Made by a program: the position numbers and the translations under genes
Shown: positions 47,828-59,719 of the stretch, piece after piece
Layout: each line of letters starts with the position of its first letter
Position numbering within the stretch: position 1 is the first letter of the stretch
Notes under the pieces: model-generated
The model's input: the letters and a program-made list of their open reading frames with translations, nothing else
Database searches by the model: none
What the model was told of the DNA's origin: nothing
NCBI GenBank assembly: GCA_964036045.1
Contig: OZ038379.1
Location: forward strand, 22,816,001 to 22,880,000
Direction: 5' to 3'
Length of the DNA stretch: 64,000 nt
Source: Eutreptiella sp. 'Long Island Sound 2002'
Lineage: Eukaryota; Protista; Euglenida

Positions 47828-50766
47828 CTTGGGGTGCACTGTGTGCACGCGAGCGCCTTAAACGTGGGGCGCGCAGGTGCGAAAAGTGCCGTAAACACCA
47901 CGGAGGTTTCCATTAAGTGTAGGGATTGCCAAAGGGGGGATAGTAGGCAGTTTGGCACATTTCTAACATAAGTGTTTACGGCGCCAGCGCCGTAAACGTT
48001 TACGGCGCTGGCGCCGTAAATAGTCAAGAGTATTGGAGGGAAAGCAGTCAGGAAGCAGGGATATTTGAGCCCCTAGAGACGACACCCCTCCTTGGATCCC
48101 TGTCTGATGGAGAAGGGCAGAGATGGACAAATTGGGAGGAACCTTCATAGTCCTCTTGTTGCATCATGCTGATATGGGGGTGAACTCAAAAGCTTTTTAC
48201 ACAAGCCTAACGGGACACACCACCAATGGGCAGTGGGTACACATTTACGGCGCCAGAACCGTAAATGTTTATGGCGCTGGCGCCGTAAAATGAGAGGGGG
48301 TAATTTCTGATGATTATCGCGACAATGGGGTTGTTGTGGCAGTGCCCTTCACCAGCACCAGCCTACGGCATACATGACTTGCCACATTCAACACCATGGC
48401 AAAGAAAATGATGCTTGTGGCAAAAGTTTAATGACAATTTCGTTTTCGGAAAAATGATCCAAACACACTTCAAGCGAGCGAGAAGAGGGAGGGGCAGCAG
48501 AGCAAGATTCTAGAGCATATGTGGACATGGAGATCGGCTCCAAAGTCTTGGTGCGGAGCGACCGACCGTCCAAGTAGAGCCCAGTGTTAGGAGGTTGTGT
48601 CGCATCTCGTGCCCAAGGATGTGCGCACACTGCCCAACCAAACCATTTTTTTGGAATGCGGCACAATTGATTTTGCATGTGCATCAAAGATTGTTGCTCC
48701 ATTCCCGAAACAACCTGTCAACTCCCTCAAGGTGGACCAAATTGTGCGAGTTCGAGCTCCATCAAGTCTCAAACCGATGATGAGCCCGATTTCAACCAAT
48801 TCAAGTGGTGCAAGACGCCAAGGCATAGTAGCCTTGTGAGCACCAACTTGCGAAAGGGCTTTTTCTCGATAGCCCACTCGCACTGTACCGATGAATTGCT
48901 AGCGTAGCCTCATGACCAACTAGTCTACGGTTGCCTTTTGTTTAGATGGCCTCCAATTGTGGCCCCGAAAGTCGAGAGCGTCATTTGCCTTCTCACTTTC
49001 GCAAGTCGGGAGTCGATCTTTCTTCCGGGTGCATCTAAACACGGTGACAAATGTTAAAACTGCACCGCACAAACTGCCATATGCAGGGGTCATGAAAATA
49101 TGGGGGTGATCTCAAAAGGTTTCCACACCAACTGAAGAGGATCCAACAGTTGAAACTGTTAGGTTGTGTTTTTGGGGGTGGTTTGGAACGGGCTGTAAGA
49201 GCCAGAAATTCTTCCAAGTGGGGAGCCCCCCAGTCTCACTCTGCAGTGCACCACCTTCCTGAATCTCTTGGTTCCGACGATTGCTGTGACAATGGGGGTT
49301 TTGTGGCACTGCCCGTCATCAGCACCAATGACAAATGTGACCGGCATGTCCTTGGGTGCACCCTGGCCCATGTGTGCTGCAATCGTGTGTGTGTATGCGG
49401 TCTAGCTGAACCTAGGGGAGCTGGCAGGGGAAATCCATAAAGGCCATAAAAATTTTGCAAAAAGTGCAATACTTACAGCAAAATGTGTCATTGCACGGGG
49501 GTGCAATCAAAATTCTGAGCTGCCAGCCCCCCCAGGTTCAGCCAGACCGCATACACACACACGATTGCAGCACACATGGGCCAGGGTGCACCCAAGGACA
49601 TGCCGGTCACATTTGTCATTGGTGCTGATGACGGGCAGTGCCACAAAACCCCCATTGTCACAGCAATCGTCGGAACCAAGAGATTCAGGAAGGTGGTGCA
49701 CTGCAGAGTGAGACTGGGGGGCTCCCCACTTGGAAGAATTTCTGGCTCTTACAGCCCGTTCCAAACCACCCCCAAAAACACAACCTAACAGTTTCAACTG
49801 TTGGATCCTCTTCAGTTGGTGTGGAAACCTTTTGAGATCACCCCCATATTTTCATGACCCCTGCATATGGCAGTTTGTGCAGTGCATTTTTAACATTTGT
49901 CACCGTGTTTAGATGCACCATGAAGGGCACTGCCACAAAAATCCCATTGTCACGATAATCATCAGAAATTACCCCCCTCTCATTTTACGGCGCCAGCGCC
50001 ATAAACAGCCAGCACCGTAAATGTGTATCCACTACAGAATGATCCCCCCCTGCCCATTGGTGGTGTTCACTGGTGTGTCCAGCTGCCATTGGCCATGATG
50101 GGGATCACACGGCACATATGGGAAGCACCAGTGGACTATGCAGGTTCCTCCCCATCTAGGCATCTCTGCCCCACCCCTGTAGTGAGTAACAATATTTGCA
50201 CCACATTCTGCTGTTTTCCAAGCTCTTGACAGCCGTCTTTTTCTACCGCGTTGGCGCCGTAAACATTTTCGCAGAGAGACTTTAATGGAAGCAGAATCTC
50301 TACATCGAAAATTACGAAGAGGTGATATTTTGACAGGCTGTTTGAACTGCAGAGATCAATATTGCCCTCCTTGCAGTTGTCCAAATAGACGGAAGCCTTA
50401 CCTCTGGTTTGCAAATTAGATCTTGCACCTATCCTTCTCTTTTTCATTTCTTTTTTCTACATTCCTCCGGGGCTGCCAATGAACCGTTGTACCACATGTG
50501 AACAAGGCCCAGGGTTTGACATATTGGTACAACACGTTCCTAGAAATGTGTTTTTCAGGTAAATTTCGGTGTAGAGAAAATGCAAAATTTGACCGAGATT
50601 CGTCAATGTTTACGGCGCCGGCGCTGTAAATTTTCCATTGGTTCCCCATTGGTGATTGATGGGGATAGAGCCCTCTCAAACACATGTTTTCCAAAAGTGT
50701 GTATTTTTTACGGCGCCCTAGGTTTGGGGGTTTACGGCTGTATCTGCGCGCGTAGTGCACCCCAAG
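47828..50766. mobile_element. Fold-back / TIR-type element in eIF4G intron 11
   Basis: Nested inverted repeats, many ggcgccgtaaa motifs, 13-bp terminal IR cttggggtgcact/agtgcaccccaag, ttgct on both outer sides. Confidence 0.55.
49028..49919. repeat. Near-perfect inverted repeat: 400-bp arms (49028-49427, 49520-49919), 92-bp spacer
   Basis: Arms are reverse complements by direct reading; the ORF track shows mirror-image ORFs (49150+ / 49797-, 49159- / 49576+). Confidence 0.97.
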
Positions 50767-51000
50767 TTGCTCCTTTTCTTCTTTTTGGTGCTTTGAATTT
50801 TTTTTGGGGGGGGGAGGGCTGTTGGGTTTGCTTTGGGATTGATTTAGAGGCAACACGTGTGCTAATTTTTGTTGCGACAATGGTTCGCTGAAAAAGTTCG
50901 TTGTGCGTGGTAAACAGCACAAATTTTCGGGTATGCTCCTTCGTTTTTCATCTGCCCCCCTCTTTTTGATGTGCTTATTATTGACCAACATTTGCATCAG

Positions 51001-51135
51001 GTGCTCAGCGCCCTCTTAACCGTGGCTGGCCCACAAATGGACTGGGAGCGCCCTGTCATTTGTGATGCTTGGCGATGCATTCTAGAAATGAGCTCAAGCG
51101 AGAATGTGGTTCCTCGAATCCGCTTTCTCCTGCAG
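51001..51135 (+). CDS. eIF4G: eIF4G exon 12 (MIF4G)
   Basis: VLSALLTVAGPQMD...VVPRIRFLLQ matches LCxLLTTxGxxLD...RIRFMLQ; phase 0-0. Confidence 0.92.
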
Positions 51136-51761
51136 GTGTGCTTCGTGCGTGATGGTAATCATGGATTGCTGGGGTCACCAGTCAGTCTGGGTTCCCCTGG
51201 CTTGTGGCTTGGTTGTCATGACGCCAGAGATTTTGCTCTCCGGGCCGCCCTGCTGCCTGCGTGCTCCCCGCTGCACAGTTCCTCAGTAGTGGTGTTCAGC
51301 AGAGGATGCGAACATGCAAACGTGCAAATTCATCAATTTGCACATTTGCACACAACATTGGTTTCTGACAATGATGACCTCCAATTTTTTTTTGGGCGAA
51401 GGCGCCTGGTGCGTATCCGAGGTGGCTGTTCTGGATAAGAGCAAGGACCCTGTGTCTGGTGGGTTGTGCTGAAGCATGGGCAAAGGTGCATACCAAATCT
51501 TTTTTGTGGGTTTGAATAGGGTTGTGCTTAGATTTGTGGGTGGCTGGTGGGCCAGATTTCTGGGGTGCTCTAGGAGGTCCATTGGTTGAGGTAATGAAAG
51601 GTGCTGTGAAGGAAGAGGGGGGGGGGGGAGCGCTCATCTGTATGGCTCCAACATGCACTGGGAGGGATGGGCACAAGGGCAAGGGGTTGTCTGTGTGTCT
51701 CCTACATGCACTGTATAGCTCCCATGGACCCATTCCATGGTACTGTTTGCCCGGCACGCAG

Positions 51762-51893
51762 GACCTCATCAAGCTACGCCAAAACGATTGGAATCCACGC
51801 CGGTCCGTAGATTCCCCGAAAAAGCTTGCCGAAGTCAACAAAGATTTTCCACAGCCAACTTATGCTGCATGGCATGGAGGTTTGTGGTTTTGA
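51762..51893 (+). CDS. eIF4G: eIF4G exon 13, probably terminal
   Basis: DLIKLRQNDWNPRRSVDSPKKLAEV matches DVIDLRxxxWxxRRxxxGPKTIxQI; TGA at 51891-51893, T-rich sequence follows. An alternative donor at 51880 cannot be excluded. Confidence 0.85.
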   Translation, partial: DLIKLRQNDWNPRRSVDSPKKLAEVNKDFPQPTYAAWHGGLWF

Positions 51894-53379
51894 TGGGGTT
51901 GGGAGTGGCATAACGCTGTGCTTCGTTGCGTCACCTCTCATTGAGGGTGGACGTGAACTCTGCAGCGCGTGGGCCAGTTGGCGCGGTGAGGGCTGCAGAA
52001 CAGGCAATTGGCAATGTGTTTTTGGCTTGGATTTTTTCCTGCCCCATTTTGGCTCGCCTACGCTGACCTGATTCGACCTAACTCTACGTAGCCCTATGTT
52101 CTTTGACCTGAGACCCTTGCTTTGATGCAAAGCTCTGTTTTGTGGTTTCTTGGAGTTTGGCCACTAACAGGAGGGTCAGGGCACACATATTCTTCCAAAC
52201 GGAAAGCCTAGAAAGGGGGGATTTGTTCTTCGTTTGATTGTTATTTGATTCTTCAATTTTTTAGCTTGGCAGGGCTCCCCATGATTGGACAAGAGCTGGG
52301 GAGAGGGTTCAGATGTTAGTTGAATTGAATTATTCTCTGCATTGACTCAAAATGAGATTTACACGCAAGTTTGCACATCCGTACAGCCAATGGTGGCAAG
52401 CTTGTCCAAGTGCGGTCTGGCCAGGCACTTTGCTTGTGGTGAAGGGTAGGTGGCTGAGGTTCTTGAAAGTCATGGTCGTCAACATTTCTGGACACCACAC
52501 ACTGCAATTTTTTTCAATCTCAATTTTCAGAGAGCATACCTCTCGGCCTCGTCCCTTATTGTGCCAATTTGGTGGGTTTTCAGGGGTTGGTGCCATTGTC
52601 GCCTGATTTCTGCCAACTGAGTGTTCCGAAGGTGGGGTATGTGGGGTATTTTTGGAAAGCCTGTGAAAAAAGATATTCGGAACACCCGGGTCTGCATGCT
52701 GTGCTGACGGCATGTTTGATGTTTTCGTCCATTACCATTGACGGTTTGGTTTTTTTTTTGCCCGCTGTGGTCCGGTTTCAGACACACTGCACTGCACCCC
52801 TTCCCCCATTACTCCAACATATGGGTGTATGAGGATCAAGTCATTCAGGTGGAATTGTTGCATTTGATGTGTAGAAGACATGTGCAACATGGGTCCCCTC
52901 AACACCCCAATATGTTGAAGACTACCTTGGACACCCGGGCGATGCCTGATGCAACTTGCAGCACAAAGCTCACCAGAGTCCAAGAAATCAAAGATGTTGA
53001 TTTGGATTCAATGTGTCAAAATGCATCCACCTATCTCCTTTCACACAGGGGGCGCCCAGGTGCAGTCTCTGACCCCCCCCCCCCCCTCTTTGGGGGGCCA
53101 AAATGTTTGAGACGTCCTGACCATCGTACAAGCCAATATGGAGAAATTGGCTTGTATCACCTTGAAGAGAGGTTGTTAGATCAAGCCCATGCACATGCGT
53201 CGTATACCCCTTTTTGGGGATCGTTCGCGTAACATACCCCAAGGCATGATAATAAATGATACCCATAAAAAGCGCATTTCTGACGGCCATGTTGTCAATA
53301 TATTGAGTGTCACCGTCGGATGCGATGGCTGCGCCAATGGCTGCTCCGTACATTTCAGCCTTGTAGGATTGCTGTGGGC

Positions 53380-54750
53380 CCGGGTGCGAGGATGCAAAGA
53401 GGCCCTTTTGTCACTGCTGTGCCCGCCGCCTAGTATTCCGAGCCCGCAATCTCAGCTGTTTGAAGGCTGCCGTCGGAGTATAGGGACGTTCCGTGGGGTT
53501 CGGTCGTACGGCTCGTGGGCGCGGCTTTGTGTACCATGCCAGCACCGCTGTGGACAGCATGGGCGGCACCTGTGGGTCGCGGGGGCATGGTGAGTTGGCC
53601 GCGCAGTTGGCATACACCATGTAGGGCGTGGTACTGGTGCCAGGCCACACGCTCCTTGAGGTCTACCCACGGTGTTCGGGGGATGTGGTCCCATAGGGAC
53701 TGTGGTATGCGAAGGCACGAAACCGGTGTAGGTCCGCCGCCGACGCCGTGTTCCACCATTCAGTTGCCGTATCTTGCCACGGTCCCTAGGTGCTAAGCCA
53801 TATGTTGCGAAATGCGATTTTCCAACGCATGCAGTGGATGAGGCGTTTGTGGACGGTAGTGCCGTGATGGAGGGGACAAAAGGGGCATTTGGGGGTGGTA
53901 TGGTCCCATGGCGCGCCCATCCCATCCCATCGTACCTGGCCCAAGAGCCATTTAACCCAGAGCATGCGTCGGTCCCCACGCATCGGTAGCCAGGATACCC
54001 AGTGCGCACTGTCGAAAGTGACAACACGCCTCCGCTGGAGGATCCATTTCCGCGCTGGAGTGGGGGTGGGCCCGCCGCATATTGCAATATCTTCGGGGCG
54101 CCGGGGTCGTAATCCGGCATGGGTAGGCACGCGCTGTCCTCCGCAATCAAGTAGGGTATACAGGTCCCCAGGAGAGAACATGGCGGCGGGATGGCTGCGC
54201 CTCTCAAGAGGCATCCCACCGTAGAGCGGTGCGCACATGGGACCGGCCGCAGTCATACCACACCAGGTCATGGGCGGTGAAATATCTCAACCAATGCCTC
54301 TGTTCCACTGCTGCAAACCCAGGGGCACAACAGGTAGCCTCGGCGATGCAGTATCTGGCCCAGCCTTGGTTTCTGCATCAGCGTGCCGTTTTCGGGGCCT
54401 CACTGATGGATTCATACCGCTACGTGCGAGATGATGTGGTGCCGCCATCACAGCACTGGCACTCCCTTGTGCGACGTGCTAGAGTGTGGATCACCTCCGC
54501 AGACTGGCACTACTAGCGGCATAACGTTGAGCTCTTTTCGGTGATGAGCCAGTTGTGGGCATGTGAGCGCGCCGCCCACCGGGTGGAGTCGCCTCAGCCT
54601 AAACGCCAGTGCCGCACAAGGCCCGGCATCCTGGGCCAACGCCCGCCACCGGACATGGCCCCTGCAAAAGCGACGAAAGCTTGTCACCCTTGAGGACCTG
54701 TGGGGAATGGCACACACATGATCCAGCATGTCTTAACCCCCTTAACTCTT
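53380..54750 (-). mobile_element. Degenerate 3' part of a non-LTR retrotransposon
   Basis: Frameshifted coding-like text including CPFCPLHHGTTVHKRLIHC, resembling the LINE C-terminal zinc-binding motif. Confidence 0.55.
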
Positions 54751-55175
54751 ACGCATTATAGGCTTGCCATATGGCGTGGCGGTTTTGCCTACCGCATCAG
54801 AGAGCCCTCTGGTATATGCATGTGAACTCTGGGTCTTTGCCATGTGCCCCGCGTTGCGGGGATCCACTATCACATGCACCACCGGTGCCTAGCATAGAAC
54901 ATTGCAAGAGAGAGCAATATTCTTCCATCACCGGGGGCAATTTTGGGGGATACCCGGCGAGGTGCGTGCGATATGCTTCGGTGGGGTCGCTTCCCCCGTT
55001 TTAGATACGGCTGGGTACGACCCCCGGAAAACCGCTCGGAAGTTCTCCTCCCCATACACCCAGGCTGGGAACCACCCCTCCGTTACGCTTGGCTATGCAG
55101 CAGAGAGGCTAGGCTCTGTGCAGGACATGAATTTTTTTTTGAAAAAACGATAGGGGGCACTATGGGCCTCCTAAG

Positions 55176-55277
55176 GTTTTGGCAGCCAGCTCGAGCCCCA
55201 AAACGCAACCAATATCGCTTGGAATGTTCTATGGACCTTCCAGCCGAGGTTCCATGGAACGCTCGGAAGAAATTTTG
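55176..55277 (+). repeat. ~100-bp direct repeat, copy 1
   Basis: gttttggcagccagctcg...caaaacgcaaccaatatcgcttggaatgttctatggaccttccagcc...gctcggaagaaattttg. Confidence 0.92.
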
Positions 55278-55669
55278 GTGGCATTTGCGGAACCTGAACC
55301 TATTGGAACTTTAGTAGGATGCTTGGTGCCTGCTTTGCCTGCAAGGTGGTCCATGAACAATATTTGTGAACAAGATTTGTGTATTGTGTCCATTGTCAAT
55401 TGCACACTCTAAAGATGCCCGTTTCCTATGCCAGAGAACACTAGGCCGAATCCGGTAAGACGAGTGAAGATCCCTGCCTCGAGCTACTCCCCGGCTCGAG
55501 AAGGAGGCATTCAGGGGCTTTCTTTCTTTCTTTGCGTTCACATGCTTTGCGTGCCATTCCCGGTACTTACAAATATTTGTGAACGAGATTTGTGTCTATT
55601 GTGTTGGTTGCTCCTCTCTGCACCTTGTGCTCTTGTGTGACGTTGCACCTTCTGCTCCGCCATTCGCAA

Positions 55670-58600
55670 TAGACATGTCCAACGCCAGCCAGGGCAGTGC
55701 ATCCTCTTCCGGCCCCCAGGACCCCAAGGGCCCCCACCAGGACGGAGGAAGTTTGGAGTTTGAGGCAGAGATGATTGATGCTGACGTCGTCAATGTGGAA
55801 TTACCTGAACCCGGGGACATACAGTCCCGTCTTCAACATGCCTTGGCGGCACTATGTCTGAGGCATAAGCCGTCTGAGGCAATTGAGCCCCGAATGTTAA
55901 GGGTTTTTCTAGATACAGTCACACCTAAGCAGTATGCCATTTCACCCAAAGATACGTTCTGGCAATGCTCATGCATAAAAAATTTGAAATACCGGTTTTA
56001 ACCACCAGGGAAGCCGTCGGCAAGACAACTCCCTCCAAGCACGAAACAAGTTACGGCATACAGTATAGGAATCTTTGTATAGTTGGCCCTGACCCCAAAT
56101 ATAACATAAAGCACACGTTTGCCGAAGAGGCAAATGAGGGTCTCCGTGACCACTATAAATTCCTCAAGTCTGTATTTTCAACCCACCCTGAGCCAATAAT
56201 TCGCGAGCTGAAGTGGATGCAGACTCATGTGCTGTCCTGGTTGCCAAGATGCCAAGGTCAAAAAGCGCAGTAAAAAAATTATAACTTGTAATGTTCAGTT
56301 CCCCCCCCTCTCTTTTGTACACATCCCCTTTGACGTGTTAAGGGTCATCATCAATGACGCCTTCTGTGAAGCGCCGCACGCAACCATCCATAGTACGTTG
56401 AAAGCCACTACCAGTGGCACCCATGTCACTGAGGTGATGAGGGAGACTCAGGGGTGGCGGGTATGGGAATCCGGGGGTTTGGGAAAAAGTGGTGACCCCC
56501 CCCCCCCCCGAGGGCGAGGTATTGAGGACAGACCTGCGGCCAACATATCACCCCCATGGCCCCCCACAGGGTATAGAGTTTTCTTTGGCCCCCGCCCCAA
56601 AGCCAAACCAGTCCGCACCAAAACGGGCAAAATTGTCGGTTATGGACTCCTGGTTGCAAGCAAAGGGTGATCAGTCCGCACCCCCAGCCACAGGGGATGC
56701 ACCGTTTTGGTAAGGCCACTTTTCTAAATGTTTGCCATCTCTGCTGCCATGGCTGCGCGCTCCGGCTCTGCCGCTGGCGCCAGGCCAAGGATTTCTTCCG
56801 GCCGCCTTTTGGCCGCTTCCCAATCGCCCTCGGCATCTTCATCCCCATCCCCGTCGGTGTCAACCCCCCTATGGGCACCCCCGGCCCCAGAAGCACCACC
56901 AGCGGCAGCAGAAGAAGCAGCATCGGTAGCAGCGGAAGAAGAAGCAGCCGGAGAGGCCGCAGCACCACAGGTGGCCGCGGCAGAAGCATCAACATCAGCA
57001 GCCGGCAGTGGCGGGCGTGGCCGTGGCAGCGGTGCAAGTGCAGTACTACCTGCACCTCTGCACCAAGAAGAGCAGAGAAAGGGTGGCAGTCCAGGCCAGG
57101 TTCAACCCCGGCCCTAGGGTGACCTGGCAGACCAAGGCTGCCATCACCAGTAAGTGAACCCTGGGGAGGGTTGAAAAATTTGGGGTCCTCCCCCCCGCCT
57201 TCCCAGTGGCCCTGCTGCAGGGACCCTCCCCTCCAACAAGCCACCCTAACCTTGGGCCTGTATGCTGATGGATACCAGCCCAGGGGGCGTCCCAATGTAA
57301 ACACTACAGTTTGGTTGCCTGACTGCAGATCACCACCATCTGTGGTCAGAGTGTCGGCAAAAGGGGTGCGTGGCATATCCCTGGGTCAATAAGCATGGGG
57401 TTGCCACACTGTTTCTGCACAAGGGGGGGGCGTCTAAATGAGTTGCGGGGTTCCCACAAGTTCCAGGGTGTATCCAACCTGGCACGGGTTTATATTATAC
57501 AACCAGTATGACACAACACCAAAGGAGGAGCCTCCAGACTCCTTGGTGTTATTGGCCAGACCGTACCCGGGCCGTACAAGCATGAGTTGTTGAAGGTGAT
57601 AGCGCAAGTTGCTAGGAGATACCACCCTGGATCTTTGCCTCCTGATAACAGGGAGCACCAGCGCCTCGTGCGAGGAAGGTTCCAAGCAGGCATCAGCTTC
57701 ACTGGCCGAGAGGCCCGCACTGTGATGGGCAGACTGGCGGGGGGCATGGTCCTCCCATTGCCCTTCCATTCTCTGGTTTGGCCTTCTGCCACATAGTACA
57801 CCTATGGTACGGTTGCACTACATTGGCAACTGCAGCATGGCAAGCTATGGGTTTGGTGTACACACATATTGTGCACATCATTCCGGAATTTGCGGAAGAA
57901 GGTTGCACTGCAACCCTATATATGCATGGGTGGTCCCACACTTGGTTTCACCGGCCGCGGACCCCCATGCTATAATGTGATGAGGCAGGGGAAAGGGATC
58001 TCCGGGTGGCCAAAAGATATGCTCCCGTGACTAGTACTAGGCAGGATGCCAGTATAAGTGAAAGTTTGAAGCATGAGCTGTATGAAAAGTTTTTGCGTAA
58101 GAAAAAGAAGATCCCCACTGCCAAAATTTGGGCCCCTGTCCATCGGAACCTTGTTTTGGAGGCTTGCATGGTTGCTGCCAATGCACTGTGGCAGACAGTC
58201 TTCCAACGCCTGTTACGGCACTTGATGTCTTGTCAAGAAGCACGTGGCTGCAAGTTATCTATGCACCCAGCAACCAATTCGGTTAAATGCACTTTTCCAG
58301 GTGCAGTGGTATCAAATCCTGTGCCGCACGGCGTAAAGATCTCAAGGGCAAGGGAAAGGGTAAGGGTAAATCTGATGTGGGGCCCATCCACAAACCGGTG
58401 GATTCTAACCAAGGTTCCGTTCTTGTGGTTCCTGCTTCGGAGGCGGAGGACAGTGCTGCCTCATTTCAAGGTCCAAGTGATGTCAGCGACCACTAGCGTG
58501 TACAACCAATGAGGTAGGCAAAGTTGTTGCGCGTCCCCATTGTTGATAGCGACATAGAGCAGCAAGTTGTGTTTCCCAAAGGCAGCAGTAGCAGCAGCAG

Positions 58601-58910
58601 CAGTAGCAGCAGCAGCAATAGTAGCAGCAGTAGCAGCAGTGACGGCGGGAGTAGTAGCAGTCCTGAGAATGATGATTCTGAGGATGGTGATGTGTACGTG
58701 TCTGGCGGCTCTACAATATGTGCCGCAGGGTCAGATTCTTCATCATCATCTCATGACACCCCTGAACCTCAACCGCAACCCAAGAAGTATCGGGGTACGG
58801 CTTTACAGAGTCAGGGGGAGCGGGTGTTGGATGTGGACGCCATGTCAAGTGATGGTTGTTCTGTGCATATGCTCAGTGAAGGGGAGTACAGCATTCACAA
58901 TTCCAATTAA
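55670..58910 (+). mobile_element. Decayed DNA-transposon-like ORF, interrupted at about 56460-57780; C-terminal part resembles RAG1/Transib
   Basis: Coding-like frames at 55670-56460 and 57781-58910; the latter has TLYMHGWSH...CDEAGERDLRVAKRY...SLKHELY in one frame with a single stop. Confidence 0.45.
57150..57780 (-). mobile_element. Degenerate non-LTR RT fragment
   Basis: SRPVKL (RPIxLL-like), RRQRSRVVSP and PFADTLTT (FADD-like) occur in RT order across frameshifts. Confidence 0.4.
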
Positions 58911-59140
58911 GGACAACTAAGGACAAGTATTTCAAATTTTTTGAGCATGAGCATTGCCAACAATGTATCTTTGGATATGGATTCATTGTTCCAATTCAGG
59001 ATCACTGTTCTTTTCTTTTTTGCATGTTGCTTTGCTGAGGTCAGGTATATGGGTAGACAACATTGCCCTCTCTCAATGTAGCAAATTTCAATGGAAAATC
59101 GCCTGGAAGTTTTCAAAGTTGCCCGGAAAAATGCTCGGAA

Positions 59141-59242
59141 GTTTTGGCAGCCAGCTCGGGACACAAAACGCAACCAATATCGCTTGGAATGTTCTATGGA
59201 CCTTCCAGCCAACCGTCCCCGGGTAGCTCGGAAGAAATTTTG
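59141..59242 (+). repeat. ~100-bp direct repeat, copy 2
   Basis: Same sequence as 55176-55277 with a divergent ~15-bp patch. Confidence 0.92.
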
Positions 59243-59654
59243 CTGCCAAATTCTGAAATGTACCGTGTGATACGAGTCCCATTTGGTGACCATAAGTGCT
59301 CAGCGTTTCCAAAAATCCCCTGCAAAATGCCCAGCTTTTTCCTGCCATTTTTTACTTTCTATGCTGTGCGTTCCAGCGCCATGTGTTTCATATGCTGGAG
59401 ACGCCCACTTTCCCAAGCACAGTCTTGAGTACTCTTTGAACTTCTGGAGTCAGTCAAAAAAAAAATGATACCCATAAAAATAATGCCCAATAAAATGATC
59501 CCCCAATGGATTTTTTGATTCTGAGGCCTCTATCCCCTGAAACTGGATATCATATTTTTGGGGAGGGTGGGGGTAAAAAGTTTGTGCTCAGAAGGATTTG
59601 AACAAGGGTCAGGTACAGCAAAGTTTGAGGTCGATCGACACGGGTGGTGGTCCG

Positions 59655-59719
59655 CCGGCTAGGAATTGAACTGCCGACTTGACTGTTGGCGGAGGGATGC
59701 ATTACCATTGGACCGCCGG
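59655..59719 (-). pseudogene. tRNA-Gly(GCC)-like relic or SINE head
   Basis: Minus strand ccggcggtccaatggtaatgcatccctccgccaacagtcaagtcggcagttcaattcctagccgg has A-box, GCC in the anticodon position and B-box; stems pair poorly. Confidence 0.55.

Larger units (their letters stand above)
28553..51893 (+). other. eIF4G: Full 13-exon gene model for an eIF4G-family translation initiation factor (2943-nt CDS, 980 aa)
   Basis: Exons 28553-28965, 29071-29224, 30490-30810, 31015-31431, 33052-33358, 35426-35513, 36427-36838, 37731-37913, 40091-40239, 46100-46209, 46815-46936, 51001-51135, 51762-51893. All 12 introns are GT-AG and phases match at every junction, giving one open frame with MIF4G motifs in the canonical order. 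Confidence 0.88.

Noticed and set aside
28553-51893. Non-canonical (euglenid-type, non-GT-AG) introns
   Set aside because: All 12 inferred introns have GT-AG ends with matching phases, so none is needed.
56426-57376. 316-aa minus-strand ORF as a host gene
   Set aside because: Mostly the antisense of a low-complexity Ala/Glu tract, fused to an RT-like fragment.
59655-59719. Functional tRNA-Gly gene
   Set aside because: Acceptor, anticodon and T stems pair poorly; called a relic or SINE head instead.
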